A DNA stretch of 64,000 nucleotides from a virus: positions 50,374 to 114,373 of IMG/VR virus record IMGVR_UViG_3300020472_000012; one strand, written 5' to 3'. The notes below the pieces were generated by a model that was not told where the DNA came from, did no database searches, and saw only the letters and a program-made list of their open reading frames with translations. Positions within the stretch are counted from its first letter, which is position 1. Each line of letters starts with the position of its first letter. The position numbers and the translations under genes were made by a program. This document shows positions 47,897 to 57,654 of the stretch, piece by piece.

Positions 47897-49606
47897 ATGT
47901 CAGAATATATTAAGAGCGTAAGGTCTCTTAGGTCTGTTGCAGATGCATACAGGTCTATGAAAGACCCTAGAAGTCTCAACGACAAGGTTGAGGAACAACT
48001 TATTGAATCAATTATACAGGATGTACAGACAGAAGAAGACGACCTTTTTAGGGTCGATACTCTTAATATTGTCAACCAATACCTAAATGAATTTCCATCA
48101 GACCTACAAGAAGGTGCAATAAAAGATATCATCATGGATTTTGAAGATGGTGTATCTGACATGAAGATTTCAAAATCTCGTGGTATCGATATCAAAGTCA
48201 TCAAAGGTCTGAAAAAAGATTGGTTAGGAATTCAAAAGAAACACCAACAATTAGCTGCATCCTACAATGAAGAAAATCTTCAAGAAGGTACATGGGCAAT
48301 TCCAGACACACCAGAGAAACTTAAAAAATTACAAAAAGCACTTATGAAACCAGTCTTAATCAAAAGAGAGAAAGACCTTGATAAGGCTGCAAAAGTATTT
48401 ACTAGTTATGTAGGTGATGATGGTGTCATGGATGTCTGGTATAAAATGATGTTGGATTATGAAGATGTTAAGAAAGTTGGGGATGCAAGAGAACCAGTAA
48501 TTGACTTTTTAAAACAATGGGGAGTTAAATTATCTGGATATAAAATTACACATGCTCCAGGCTCATGGGTTTCTGGGTTCGATGATGACGATAGAGATTC
48601 AGCAACAGTAGAACAAACTCAGATAGATGAGGAACAAGAAGTTGAGGAAGGTTTCTTTGCAAACTTAAAGAAAAAGTTCAAAGGTAGGGGTAAGATAAAG
48701 AAACCTACAGGTAAAGATAAGAAACAAATGAAGGTTGAAGGTAGAAGACCACCTAGTAAAATGTCTGGTTCTAAATTAACTGGTCAAGAGATATCAGTAT
48801 ATTTCAGAAAGAACCCTAAAGCAAAATCAAATGCAATTATTAAGAAAGCAGTAGAGATTGCCTTAGACCATGGCGGTGCAATGAACTATGCAATTGACAA
48901 GATTCAGAAACTTAAAAAAGGTCTTGAAAAGAATTCAGAAGTTAAAAAAGCACTTCAATTCGCAAACGAAGAAAGAACACCTTTTTATAAAGGGTTTGAA
49001 CTTGTAGTTCAAGAAGAATTATCTAGAAAAGATGAAATTAAACTTGGTGCATATGGTGTACAACTTGCAAAGATTACAAACTTCAAATGGGAAAAAGATA
49101 AGTCTCCAGAAGTTGCAATAGATAGACTATTTGGTCAGATTAGGTCAAAAGGTAAATACTCTCCAGCAGGATGGGAAAAAATCCATAAGATGGTTGCAAT
49201 GTTAGATAAGATTGGTGTTAAACTACCATCTTTGAAAGGATTCTACATGGGTATGGATAAGAAGACTGGTAAAGGTATTTTCCATGAAGATATTTTAGAC
49301 ACTATTGCAGATATTAAAGAAGGTATCGAAGAAATAGTTGAAGCACAAACCATGAATGATGCAGATATCAAAAAGATTGCACAAATGACAGATAGAAATG
49401 ACCATACTGGTTCATTAATGCATCTTGCAAAACTTCTTGGTGATAAAAAAGGACTAGAGGCATTAAAAGGTATTATGATGACTCATAAAGCAATCGGTCA
49501 TATGCCAGATGGTTTAATGAAAACTAGAAATCAAATCCATGATAATCTCATGAGACAATCTAAATCAAAGTATAGAAATCATAAAGATGTCATAAGTTCT
49601 TTCTAG
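47897..49606 (+). CDS. Multi-domain hypothetical protein, putative internal head protein
   Basis: Domains separated by LQEG/VEEG/VEG-type junctions. Confidence 0.6.
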   Translation: MSEYIKSVRSLRSVADAYRSMKDPRSLNDKVEEQLIESIIQDVQTEEDDLFRVDTLNIVNQYLNEFPSDLQEGAIKDIIMDFEDGVSDMKISKSRGIDIKVIKGLKKDWLGIQKKHQQLAASYNEENLQEGTWAIPDTPEKLKKLQKALMKPVLIKREKDLDKAAKVFTSYVGDDGVMDVWYKMMLDYEDVKKVGDAREPVIDFLKQWGVKLSGYKITHAPGSWVSGFDDDDRDSATVEQTQIDEEQEVEEGFFANLKKKFKGRGKIKKPTGKDKKQMKVEGRRPPSKMSGSKLTGQEISVYFRKNPKAKSNAIIKKAVEIALDHGGAMNYAIDKIQKLKKGLEKNSEVKKALQFANEERTPFYKGFELVVQEELSRKDEIKLGAYGVQLAKITNFKWEKDKSPEVAIDRLFGQIRSKGKYSPAGWEKIHKMVAMLDKIGVKLPSLKGFYMGMDKKTGKGIFHEDILDTIADIKEGIEEIVEAQTMNDADIKKIAQMTDRNDHTGSLMHLAKLLGDKKGLEALKGIMMTHKAIGHMPDGLMKTRNQIHDNLMRQSKSKYRNHKDVISSF

Positions 49607-49617
49607 GAGTATCTAAG

Positions 49618-50151
49618 ATGAGACGATATCATCCCATAATTCCAGAAGGTAGAAAATACCACGACTTTGGTGCAAAGACTAATGCAGCCAATAATAAGAT
49701 TAGGGATTTAGTAAACAAATCTAAGTCAGTCAAAGACGCAATAACTAAAATTACTATGTTTGCTAAAGGTACTAGTGGGCCTGCAAAGAAATTTGCAGAT
49801 GCAATAGATTCTGGTAAGTTTACAGATTGGGAACCTTCTGATGAAATCAAACAAGAAGTAGAGTTATACTTCAAATCCAAAGAAAGAGAAAAGAAAATGG
49901 GCCCTCGTGCAAACGACCCAGACCAAAACATACATGTACAAATCAGAGGGGCTGCAGATTTAAAGAAACCATCTCAATTAACATTGGATGATGGTAGTAA
50001 GGTTAAGATAAACCAACAGGTTGCACAAATGGTTACAAAAACATTAGATGCATTAAAACCAATAACCAGAAAGAAAGTAGTACAAATGTTAGGTAAAGAT
50101 TCAAGAACATTCAAACAGGCAGTTCAAGCAATCCAGAGAGCGAATAAGTAA
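49618..50151 (+). CDS. Hypothetical protein
   Basis: AGGAG RBS, ORF track. Confidence 0.65.
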   Translation: MRRYHPIIPEGRKYHDFGAKTNAANNKIRDLVNKSKSVKDAITKITMFAKGTSGPAKKFADAIDSGKFTDWEPSDEIKQEVELYFKSKEREKKMGPRANDPDQNIHVQIRGAADLKKPSQLTLDDGSKVKINQQVAQMVTKTLDALKPITRKKVVQMLGKDSRTFKQAVQAIQRANK

Positions 50152-51929
50152 TGGGAACAGTAACTACAGGTAGTTTTGATGAAATTCAAGACGATTTAGG
50201 TGGAAGTAATCCAATTCAACTATCTGAATATTACAGAGAATCTTCTGGTGGTTCTGCAAGTACAACTGTACCAAACACTGCAAACAATGCTGGTGTACCT
50301 AAGTCTGGTGCAATCTCAGTTGCAGACATATCATCAGTAGATGGTGGTACTGCTGCAAATGATGTTGCATATAGTTCTAATCCTTATGTAACAATTACTA
50401 AATCAACCAGTGATTTTACTGGTCAAGAATTAAGTGCAAGTTGTAGTTTTTCATTAAGTGTTGGTTCACAGGGATATAGTACAGCAGATGGTGATGGTAA
50501 TAAGCCAAGTAATACTGGAGTTACTTGGAGTGGTACTGGAATAACATTCAATTCTACTACTGCTACAAGTGTAACTGCAACAATTACTGCATCTGGTTCA
50601 TATTCTACTGGTGTCACAAAAACAGCATATTTGAGTGCAAATGGAACAAGTACATCGGTAAGTCTTAGTGCTACAACTCGTGCAGTTGACTTAGACCCAA
50701 CTCTAACAGTAACAAGTGAATCTTCAACAGGCAACGACCCAGATACATCTGGAGTTACATCTGGTGGGTCAACAGTTGGTGGTCTGGATAGTGGACAAAG
50801 TGTTGCAACATCTTTGAATTCTACTCTCAGTAATGCAGCGTATAAAATTAATTCTGGTAGTTGGATAACTGGTGCCAGTACAGTTTCAAATGGTGATGTT
50901 ATTTACATCAAATTGGATTCTGGTGATGACTACGATGACTCATCAACAAGGACTGTTACAGTAGGTAGTCATGGTGATACCTATTCCTTTACTGTAAGTA
51001 ATAGGTCACAGGATACAACACCAGATGATTTAACCATGCCGGCAGACTATACTCTCACTGGGGCTGCATTAAGTACATCCTATCAGACAGGAACTTATTC
51101 AGTTAGTGGACTAGATTCTGACCATAATGGAAATCTAACAAGTAGTGGAACAAATGGTATTGTTATATCAGATGTATATCCAAGTAATGGAGACACTATA
51201 GTCTTCTCACAAACATCATCTGCAAGTCCAAGAACAGAATTTACTGGAACTGCAACAATGAGTAATATGTCTGGAATGACAGACACTACTCATTCTTATA
51301 GTATAAGAACTGGTGATACTGGTATTCAAGAAACTGGTACTGCTAACTATGCTCCATCTTATTGGAGATATGGGACTTGTTATGATTGGTATTGTCTGAC
51401 TGGGAGATTTACAATTACAAGAACATTAAAAGCACAACAAGGTAGTGGATATATTGCATTCTTATTGTATGATACCATTTCATCGACAGTTGGAACAAAT
51501 GGTGGTGATAGTAGTCAGTGGGTATGGCAATCAACTTATTATACAGCAGATACTCATTCGGACATAGACACTGGTGATACTTTCCAAATAGAATGGGTTG
51601 ACGCTGGATTTAACACTGGAGTAGTTACAGAGGGTAGTATTGCAGCTGCCTTCGGTGGTTCATTTACTGCTAATGGAACCTATACGAGTGCTACTATCGA
51701 CTTATCAGCATTTACATCTGGTAGTACAGTTAATGTCACTTCACAGGAAAAAACATACAACTGTTTTTGTGAATGTACTTCATGTTTCAACTCTACAAAT
51801 TCTAATAGAAGTTATTATGTTCGACTAAAAAATATTAGTGGAACTACTATATTAAATCAAGCACCTGCTACTGGAAGTGGAACTTATAAGGTCAGTGGAA
51901 CTACTTATTATTCTGGGATGTGTTTCTAA
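50151..51929 (+). CDS. Ser/Thr/Gly-rich virion structural or fibre protein
   Basis: N-terminal GGSNPIQLSEYYR...VP.SGAIS motif; beta-rich composition. Confidence 0.7.
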   Translation: MGTVTTGSFDEIQDDLGGSNPIQLSEYYRESSGGSASTTVPNTANNAGVPKSGAISVADISSVDGGTAANDVAYSSNPYVTITKSTSDFTGQELSASCSFSLSVGSQGYSTADGDGNKPSNTGVTWSGTGITFNSTTATSVTATITASGSYSTGVTKTAYLSANGTSTSVSLSATTRAVDLDPTLTVTSESSTGNDPDTSGVTSGGSTVGGLDSGQSVATSLNSTLSNAAYKINSGSWITGASTVSNGDVIYIKLDSGDDYDDSSTRTVTVGSHGDTYSFTVSNRSQDTTPDDLTMPADYTLTGAALSTSYQTGTYSVSGLDSDHNGNLTSSGTNGIVISDVYPSNGDTIVFSQTSSASPRTEFTGTATMSNMSGMTDTTHSYSIRTGDTGIQETGTANYAPSYWRYGTCYDWYCLTGRFTITRTLKAQQGSGYIAFLLYDTISSTVGTNGGDSSQWVWQSTYYTADTHSDIDTGDTFQIEWVDAGFNTGVVTEGSIAAAFGGSFTANGTYTSATIDLSAFTSGSTVNVTSQEKTYNCFCECTSCFNSTNSNRSYYVRLKNISGTTILNQAPATGSGTYKVSGTTYYSGMCF

Positions 51930-52459
51930 TGGTTATCTATAGAGTACCACCTACAACATCAGATATCACTTTCGAGGGTGGTGTTGTAGAATCATTAACA
52001 CTTAAGTGGGAAAAATATAATAAATCTGATTTAACAGAGGTTAAAGTAACAGGTGCAATTAGCCATGTTCAAAAGTCAGAACCAACATTTACAGATGGAA
52101 CAATTACTGATACACCAGTAGTACCAACAGTATCCCACGATGAAGAAACTGCTAATGTTGAAACAGTTATAGGATATAAAGGTTATGAAAGTGCAACACC
52201 AGTAGATTCATACACAGCAACAGTAGATTATGATGCACCAAAGTTTCAAGCAGATGATATAGACCTAAATATATTTGAAACTCAAACATATGACATCAGT
52301 GCAGAGAGTCAGGCAAATATTACTTCATTTAACGAGAGTTTACCATCAGATGCAAGGGATTTAGACATATCATCTTCGTCTGGTCATTGGTTTGGTGCTT
52401 ATAGTGGTATGGTGGCCAAAGAAGAAAACACTAAAGAATTTAAAGAGTGGAGTATTTAA
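51929..52459 (+). CDS. Hypothetical protein, possibly fibre-associated
   Basis: TAATG coupling to the upstream gene. Confidence 0.55.
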   Translation: MVIYRVPPTTSDITFEGGVVESLTLKWEKYNKSDLTEVKVTGAISHVQKSEPTFTDGTITDTPVVPTVSHDEETANVETVIGYKGYESATPVDSYTATVDYDAPKFQADDIDLNIFETQTYDISAESQANITSFNESLPSDARDLDISSSSGHWFGAYSGMVAKEENTKEFKEWSI

Positions 52460-52463
52460 AATG

Positions 52464-52471
52464 TATAAATA
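52464..52471 (+). promoter_or_regulatory. T4-type late promoter
   Basis: TATAAATA. Confidence 0.7.
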
Positions 52472-52537
52472 CATTATGACAAACATTCTAATAACAGGAC
52501 TATCCGCAAGGGTAATCATAAAATAGGGGAAATTAAT

Positions 52538-53107
52538 ATGTCTTTATGGGGAAATTCAGACGCTGATGAAGCCAAACCTAAATGGTTAACTGCAGCGGAT
52601 AAGAAACTTACATACGCAACTGCAAGTGGTTGGGTATACAAAAAATCTGACAATCATCAAGAAGAGGTGATTGCAGCTATTCAGAATCTTGCTACATCAA
52701 TCGGTCAAGCAGATATAGTAGCAATTGATTGGGTATCAACAGCATTTGATAAATCAGATGGTGGTACTTTATCAGCAACAGTAACTTTCAATGAGAAAGT
52801 AACAGTAAATACTTCTGGTGGAACACCTACATTATCAGTTACTAATGGTAACGAAGGTAGTGGTTCAGGCAGAGGCCCACATGCATTAGCATATGCAAGT
52901 GGTTCATCAACTAGTAAACTTACATTTAGTCTTGCAATCGGTGCTGCAAATGCAGCTACTAATGCAGACGATGTATTAGTTTTTGGTGCAAATCCATTAG
53001 CACTTAACAGTGGAACTATTGTTGATACAGCCGAAGGTGGAAACGCAACTATTACTAGTGCAGCTTCAATCGGAACTGCTGCTGGTTCAATAACTGTTAC
53101 TGCTTAA
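52538..53107 (+). CDS. Virion structural protein with Ig-like domain
   Basis: MSLWG...KPKWL...GWV N-terminus; VTFNEKVTV..GTPTL...Y.SGS....LTF. Confidence 0.7.
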   Translation: MSLWGNSDADEAKPKWLTAADKKLTYATASGWVYKKSDNHQEEVIAAIQNLATSIGQADIVAIDWVSTAFDKSDGGTLSATVTFNEKVTVNTSGGTPTLSVTNGNEGSGSGRGPHALAYASGSSTSKLTFSLAIGAANAATNADDVLVFGANPLALNSGTIVDTAEGGNATITSAASIGTAAGSITVTA

Positions 53108-53119
53108 TAGGAAATAATT

Positions 53120-53566
53120 ATGAAATCATTTAAGAAATACATTGCAGAAGCATATGAATCTGGCCCAAATGGTGGGTATGGACTACCTTCTGATTCAACT
53201 GGTAGAGTTGCAACAGACGACTTACACAGATTTTCAGAAGATGCTGAAGTATTACAAAGATTAAATGCATTTATTGGTGGTGTTGCAGACAGAGAGTTTA
53301 TCTCTGTCGGTGCAGCTTTAGAACAACTAGGTCGTAAAGTTGAACAGGTTGGAATAGAATTTGATACTATTCTTGACGAAGGTTCAGAAGATACTGGTAC
53401 TGCTGACCTACCTTTAAGTCAGTTTGGTGGTAGATTTGGAAAAGATATCGATGGTAATGACCTCGATGACGACTTTATTTCTAAAGATGGCCCAGAACTG
53501 AAACTACATGTTGAATGGGAAAAACAACCTAATAACATGTTTAAAGTTGTAGCAAACATTCAGTAA
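53120..53566 (+). CDS. Putative internal head protein
   Basis: N-terminal MKSFKKYIAE. Confidence 0.65.
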   Translation: MKSFKKYIAEAYESGPNGGYGLPSDSTGRVATDDLHRFSEDAEVLQRLNAFIGGVADREFISVGAALEQLGRKVEQVGIEFDTILDEGSEDTGTADLPLSQFGGRFGKDIDGNDLDDDFISKDGPELKLHVEWEKQPNNMFKVVANIQ

Positions 53567-53623
53567 AGCTTTTCTCTTCTGACCTATATACTACTATTAT
53601 GTTAATGATAGTAGGATTTTATT

Positions 53624-53992
53624 ATGAAGTTATTTGAGAAATTAACAGACGAGAACTTTACAATGTTTGCAATGCAGTGTTACGACAATCCGCAATGCAC
53701 ATCTGTTGAAGAGTTCATGGAAGACCTAAGAAGATTTCGTTATCTAAAACGACTTCTAAGGAGATACTATAAGAACGATGAACTCAGAGAGAGATTACTC
53801 CTTAATCACCTTATCTGTCTTCTCAATATTTTTGGGGTTCCTAATTGTATTAAAATGTTGGACTTCAAAATTGAAGAAGAATACTGGCCAGTTTTAAAAA
53901 CAATGTTGATATACATGGGTCATGTTGAGGAAGATTGGAGACCAAAAATACCCATAGACATGAATGTAGCAAATATACTAAGGGAACTATAA
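53624..53992 (+). CDS. Conserved T4-like hypothetical protein
   Basis: FA...YDNPQC...EF.EDL.RF.YLKRL...ERL.LNH. Confidence 0.8.
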   Translation: MKLFEKLTDENFTMFAMQCYDNPQCTSVEEFMEDLRRFRYLKRLLRRYYKNDELRERLLLNHLICLLNIFGVPNCIKMLDFKIEEEYWPVLKTMLIYMGHVEEDWRPKIPIDMNVANILREL

Positions 53993-54582
53993 TGGAGCAA
54001 GTAAAGTTACACGAAGCAAGTGCAATGGGTGTTATCGACACAGTAATCGTGTTTCGTCTATTAAAACTATTTTCCACTAAGTGGGAAGAGATGGAAGCAT
54101 TCAAACAAGGTCTGATTGATGAAAAAGGTAAAAGAATTAAATCAGTCAAACCTAAAACCAAAGAACAAAAAGCATCATATACCCTACTCCATAGATTAGT
54201 ATTCAATCTAAAAAGAATCCTAGAACTAATTCCATTCGGTAAGACCAGACTTGCCAATTATGCAGCTGCCCTTGCATTACTCAAAGAGAACTTTGGACTA
54301 GATTCTAAATATCTAGAAGAAAAGTTCTATCAATACCTTAAAGAACAGGGCAAAGTATCAGACTTGTTAGAAGGTTATGATTCGACTCAGAATACCCTCT
54401 CAGAGGGCCGTATTTACTCTCTAAGGACATCTTTATGGAATGATGATGACAATATAGGTTATCGTGATGATGAAATACAAATAATTGGGTTGACAGATAA
54501 TGTAATGGGTGTTAATATTTATAAAGGATATAACAAAACTCAAGATAAAGTTCAGTTTTTAACAGGACATGATGTAAAATGA
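53992..54582 (+). CDS. Conserved T4-like hypothetical (structural) protein
   Basis: FRLLKL...W...AF..GLID.KG...YT.LHRLVFNLKR. Confidence 0.75.
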   Translation: MEQVKLHEASAMGVIDTVIVFRLLKLFSTKWEEMEAFKQGLIDEKGKRIKSVKPKTKEQKASYTLLHRLVFNLKRILELIPFGKTRLANYAAALALLKENFGLDSKYLEEKFYQYLKEQGKVSDLLEGYDSTQNTLSEGRIYSLRTSLWNDDDNIGYRDDEIQIIGLTDNVMGVNIYKGYNKTQDKVQFLTGHDVK

Positions 54583-55475
54583 AAGGTAAAAGTAATCCAG
54601 TAGCAAAATTTATGAATGTGTACAATCGTGCATCTACTCATTCTACGCCTAAAGATTATGATAGAAAGGAGAATGGATGGTTTAAAGACTGGTTAGAAGA
54701 AGATGCACCAGCAAATGCAACTGGAGTTGCAGTATCTACAGATAAACCTATAGTTAAAAAGAAGAAAAAGAAAGAAAAGAAATATCTAAAGGGTAATAAA
54801 TGGTCTTTAGATGCTGGAAATAATGAAGTAGGTACTCCAGATATAGTTAAAAGATTTAAAGATGGTACACCTATGCAAGAGTCTATAGAAGAGGCAATTA
54901 ATAAAGCAAAGGTAAAAAAACAACTTCAAAAGATTAAAGGAATTACCAACAAACAAATAGAAATTATTTTAACATTACCACCAGCTGTACTTACTCAAAT
55001 GATTACTCAAGTTAGTCAATTAGTGAGTGGTGATGAAATATACGAAAGAGATTACAAGAAAGAAAGAGAGAATTATCTGGGGACACCAGAACAGAAGAAA
55101 CGAAACGCTGCAAGGAAGAGAGCAAGAAGAGCATTAGAGAAAGAAGGTAGAGTAAAACCTTTTGATGGTAAAGATGTACATCATAAAGACAATAACCCAG
55201 AGAACAACGATAGAAGTAATCTAAGAGTTGCAAATAGAAGTACCAACAGAAGGGAACCTAGACTTAGAGAAGGTCTCGATGAAGGTAAGTTGGTTGCAGA
55301 TATCAATGCAATTTTCGATGCAATTGTTAAATCAGTAAAGAAAAGGATGGGTAAAGAATACCAGACTAACCAAGAAAGAGGACTTAGATTTGTTAATCAA
55401 GTTGCATCTTTAGTTGGTGGTAAAGTAACAGATAAGAAACAACAGAAAGGTAAGTTATTTTATAAAACAAAATGA
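54579..55475 (+). CDS. Composite protein with an HNH-like domain
   Basis: EEDAPANATG; RDYKKE...RNAAR...DGKDVHHKDNNP.NN...NL....S.NR. Confidence 0.65.
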   Translation: MKGKSNPVAKFMNVYNRASTHSTPKDYDRKENGWFKDWLEEDAPANATGVAVSTDKPIVKKKKKKEKKYLKGNKWSLDAGNNEVGTPDIVKRFKDGTPMQESIEEAINKAKVKKQLQKIKGITNKQIEIILTLPPAVLTQMITQVSQLVSGDEIYERDYKKERENYLGTPEQKKRNAARKRARRALEKEGRVKPFDGKDVHHKDNNPENNDRSNLRVANRSTNRREPRLREGLDEGKLVADINAIFDAIVKSVKKRMGKEYQTNQERGLRFVNQVASLVGGKVTDKKQQKGKLFYKTK

Positions 55476-55738
55476 AGAAGTTTTTCATAAAAGTTAAAGA
55501 GTTTTTCCACAAATTATGGTTGTGGATGGTCAGTTGGTTTGAATGTCATAAACAACTAACTGTAAGTTATAATAAATATAACCAAGAGGGTGAGATAATA
55601 GATACTCTCACTAGAACATGGGAAGTCAGAAAGATTTACAATCTAGGCCCAAAATTCATTGCATTCAAAACATTTGAAGGTAATAAGGTCGAACTTAGAA
55701 CTGCAACTCCTATGGACTATATGACAGAGGAATTATAA
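55472..55738 (+). CDS. Hypothetical protein
   Basis: ORF track, ATGA overlap. Confidence 0.65.
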   Translation: MKKFFIKVKEFFHKLWLWMVSWFECHKQLTVSYNKYNQEGEIIDTLTRTWEVRKIYNLGPKFIAFKTFEGNKVELRTATPMDYMTEEL

Positions 55739-55739
55739 C

Positions 55740-56135
55740 ATGCAACAAATTTTAATGGGGATAATTTTAGTCTTAGGACTAGGTGGTTTCTTTTTATATA
55801 ACCAGAATATAACCCTTAAGAACGAGAACACTGCATTAAACTTTGCAGTTGAAGAGCAAAAACAAACAATCTCTGCAATCAAAGAGTCTTATGAGACTCA
55901 AGGTAAAGCCTTGAATCAGTTGACATCTAAGAATGCAGAAATTGAAGCAGAAATGAATAGATATATGGATATCTTTCGTAGACATAATTTAAACCAGCTT
56001 GCAGTTGCCAAGCCTGGTCTTATTGAGAAAAGAGTAAACAATGGAACTAAACAAGTATTTGACTCCATCGAAAACGACTCAAAAGAGTTGGATTCGTTGG
56101 ACGACATTACCACTGATATTAATCCTAACAACTAG
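55740..56135 (+). CDS. Putative i-spanin (Rz-like)
   Basis: N-terminal TM and coiled coil, KPGLIEKRVN; overlaps a lipoprotein gene. Confidence 0.65.
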   Translation: MQQILMGIILVLGLGGFFLYNQNITLKNENTALNFAVEEQKQTISAIKESYETQGKALNQLTSKNAEIEAEMNRYMDIFRRHNLNQLAVAKPGLIEKRVNNGTKQVFDSIENDSKELDSLDDITTDINPNN

Positions 56136-56583
56136 TTGTTCGATTTTTCAACCTAAACAGGTTGAGGTGGTATCAAAACCTATAGAAATAGAAATCATTC
56201 AACCAACTATGCCCAGAAACATAGAATTGAATGAACCACATTGGTATGTGGTATCAGAAGCAGTAATATCCAATCCATGTATAAAAGATGTGGAAACTGG
56301 TAAAAGAGAAAAGAACGAGGATGGTTCTTGTAAAAATGGGAAAGAAAACCCAGACTGGCCAGAAGGATATACTTATCTAGACCAATTCATTGATGAAATG
56401 AAGAAAATGAACTCTGGTGATGTAGTATTTGTTGCAATGACAGTTGCAGATTACGAACTAATGGCAATGAACATGCAAGAATTACGAAGATACATCAGAG
56501 AAGTACAAGAAGTGGTAGTTTACTACAGAAATGTTACTATCAAAGACCAACCAGCCGTTGGTGCAGAAATAATTAAAAAATAG
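56041..56583 (+). CDS. Putative o-spanin lipoprotein (Rz1-like)
   Basis: Lipobox LTTSC, Pro-rich stretch, overlap with the i-spanin gene. Confidence 0.6.
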   Translation: MELNKYLTPSKTTQKSWIRWTTLPLILILTTSCSIFQPKQVEVVSKPIEIEIIQPTMPRNIELNEPHWYVVSEAVISNPCIKDVETGKREKNEDGSCKNGKENPDWPEGYTYLDQFIDEMKKMNSGDVVFVAMTVADYELMAMNMQELRRYIREVQEVVVYYRNVTIKDQPAVGAEIIKK

Positions 56584-56636
56584 AACCAAAATCCAATGTC
56601 TTAGTCGTTATGTCTTGAGAGAGGACATAAATCTAC

Positions 56637-56664
56637 TTGACAAATCCACGATTTATGAGATAAT
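56637..56664 (+). promoter_or_regulatory. Class II promoter of primase
   Basis: TTGACA-N16-GATAAT with TG extension. Confidence 0.75.
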
Positions 56665-56670
56665 AATATT

Positions 56671-57654
56671 ATGTCTTTGTGGATTGATAAAAAGTATCTT
56701 AAACTAGTTGCACCTAGATTTAAGAATTCAAAATGGAAGAGTGATAAACTCTTAAATCATTCGTGTCCCTATTGTGGGGATTCTCAAAAGGATAAACTTA
56801 AAGCACGAGGTTATCATTTCGTGTATAAGGATTCCTATGTCTATAAATGCCATAATTGTGGTAAATCTACCAGTATAGGTAAATTCCTAGAAGAACACTC
56901 AAACACCTTATATAAACAATGGGTGATGGAGAAATTTGGTAGAAGAGAGAAGAGAAAAACACCATTACCAGAAATGTCTTTTAAACCAGAGTTTAAATCA
57001 GACCCTTTAAAGGGGTATACTAAGGCAGAAGATAATGAAATTTCTCTCACTTATATGATGAGAAGAAGTATTCCAAAAAAACATTGGAATAATATCTATT
57101 TTGTTGAGAATTCACAGAGTCTAAGTTCTTTGAATTATAAGTATAATAGGAGAGTTTTAGGGAATGACCCAAGACTTGTTTTCCCATTCAAAGATAGACA
57201 AGGTAACCTTGTAGGGGTAACAGGTAGAGCATTAAATGATTCACAACTAAGATACCTAACACTAAGATTTGACGATGACAAACCATTCATATTTGGACTT
57301 AACAAAGTCGATTTCAACAAACCTCTTTATGTTGTTGAAGGGCCCATTGACTCTCTATTTCTGGACAATTGCATTGCAGTTGCGGGTTCAGACTTTTCCA
57401 AGATAACAAACGAGATTCCAAAGACGAATACTACTATTGTATTTGATAACGAACCTCGAAACAAAGAAATCATCAAGAAGATGAATTCTATTGCAGAACT
57501 TGGATATAAAGTTTGCATCTGGCCAGAAACGATTAAAGAAAAGGATATAAACGACATGGTATTAAGTGGGGTAAATCCACTTGATATAATTAAGAGGAAC
57601 ACATTGCAAGGACTAAAATTGAAACTTGCAATCAAGAATTGGAGTAAGGTCTAA
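56671..57654 (+). CDS. 61: DNA primase gp61
   Basis: CPYCGDS...CHNCG zinc finger, VEGPIDSLF, DNEPRN, KDINDM. Confidence 0.96.
   Translation: MSLWIDKKYLKLVAPRFKNSKWKSDKLLNHSCPYCGDSQKDKLKARGYHFVYKDSYVYKCHNCGKSTSIGKFLEEHSNTLYKQWVMEKFGRREKRKTPLPEMSFKPEFKSDPLKGYTKAEDNEISLTYMMRRSIPKKHWNNIYFVENSQSLSSLNYKYNRRVLGNDPRLVFPFKDRQGNLVGVTGRALNDSQLRYLTLRFDDDKPFIFGLNKVDFNKPLYVVEGPIDSLFLDNCIAVAGSDFSKITNEIPKTNTTIVFDNEPRNKEIIKKMNSIAELGYKVCIWPETIKEKDINDMVLSGVNPLDIIKRNTLQGLKLKLAIKNWSKV

Noticed and set aside
54579-55475. HNH homing endonuclease as a mobile element
   Set aside because: The HNH segment is embedded in a composite protein between LxE-type junctions and has no DNA-binding extension; not called mobile
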